In this document: piece after piece, positions 63,422 through 64,000 of the stretch
Layout of the letters: every line of letters begins with the position of its first letter
Numbering within the stretch: position 1 is the first letter of the stretch
Assembly: GCA_963514005.1 (NCBI GenBank)
Contig: OY740784.1
Coordinates: 19,096,001-19,160,000 of the forward strand
DNA from: Raja brachyura
Taxonomy: Eukaryota
DNA length: 64,000 nt
Reading direction: 5' to 3'
The notes under the pieces: generated by a model
Told to the model about the DNA's origin: nothing
The model's database searches: none
Seen by the model: the letters and a program-made list of their open reading frames with translations, nothing else
Position numbers and translations under genes: made by a program

Positions 63422-63790
63422 ATCAAAACATGCTCGATGTGAATCTCGCCAATGGAATCGATACAGCAAGAATGGGCAAGGAGGATGCGACATCAGCCCG
63501 GCTATCGGTTGTGTATACATACTTTCAAACACTGAACTCACGCTTTTGAATAAGATTTCTTTTTTTTTTTAAGTGGGTGGAAAATAACCTGGAACAGCGA
63601 TTGAAAGCTCTTCCAGAGAGCCATTGACAAGCAGCAAAAAGGGGAGAGAGAGAGGGGCATCGGCCAGGAGCCCAGGCACAAGCAGTGCGAATCCTCTTGG
63701 CTCCTGACTGAATGACTGGACGCCACCCGGTAAGAAGTGTGAGCCCAGCCCAGCCCAGCCCAGCCCTCTCCATGTTGCTCACTCATTCAC

Positions 63791-63815
63791 CTCCCTCACC
63801 AAGAACACCCTGCAT
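63791..63815 (-). CDS. ZC2HC1A: ZC2HC1A alternative first coding exon (1b)
   Basis: gcgaagATG CAG GGT GTT CTT GGT GAG GGA G|gtgaat (MQGVLGEG). Phase 1, compatible with exon 2. Confidence 0.55.
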
Positions 63816-63937
63816 CTTCGCGTCAGTGGCAACACAAAATGCAGCCAGACCGGTCCGGCCCAGTCTAGTCTAGTCCTGAGCTGCCCATCCCATCCTCTCC
63901 CCCATGTCGTTGTCCCCTCACTCACTCACTCACTCAC

Positions 63938-63974
63938 CTCCCTCGCCACCATCACCATCACCATCGCCCTCCAT
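63938..63974 (-). CDS. ZC2HC1A: ZC2HC1A first coding exon (1a)
   Basis: gcgaagATGG (strong Kozak), MEGDGDGDGGEG, donor GAG|gtgagt, phase 1. The human protein starts MEG. Spliced CDS is 1020 nt with no internal stop. Confidence 0.85.
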
Positions 63975-63979
63975 CTTCG

Positions 63980-63993
63980 CGTCAATAGCAACA
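63980..63993 (-). promoter_or_regulatory. RFX X-box-like half site fused to a CRE half site
   Basis: GTTGCTATTGACG just upstream of the exon 1a ATG. Duplicated as GTTGCCACTGACG at 63821-63833. Confidence 0.4.
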
Positions 63994-64000
63994 CAAAGTG

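Noticed and set aside
34182-63974. Assignment as ZC2HC1B
   Set aside because: The C-terminal FC..CG..YP...AKFCCECG.RRM module and exons 6-9 match ZC2HC1A, and the IL7-like neighbour agrees.

Overview
Vertebrate genomic DNA, repeat-rich and AT-rich. The repeat families (HE1/V-SINE, CR1, Penelope-derived short elements) point to a cartilaginous fish, probably a skate or ray (inference). Two host genes can be built by hand, and the ORF track largely misses both. (1) A complete 9-exon ZC2HC1A on the minus strand (CDS 63974 to 34182, 1020 nt, 339 aa), with a tandemly duplicated first coding exon. (2) The last two coding exons (3644-3781 and 17631-17774, plus strand) of a highly diverged four-helix cytokine. 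It lies tail-to-tail with ZC2HC1A, where IL7 lies in other vertebrates, and is most likely a chondrichthyan interleukin-7. The rest is nested transposons: a decayed DIRS1-type tyrosine-recombinase retrotransposon with terminal repeats, an internal complementary region and a readable integration site; a near full-length CR1 LINE; other CR1, Rex/Babar-like and RTE fragments; a Tc1; hAT-type MITEs (one with a 5-bp TSD); non-autonomous Helitrons; and Penelope GIY-YIG fragments. There are two assembly gaps. All calls come from manual reading; no database search was run.
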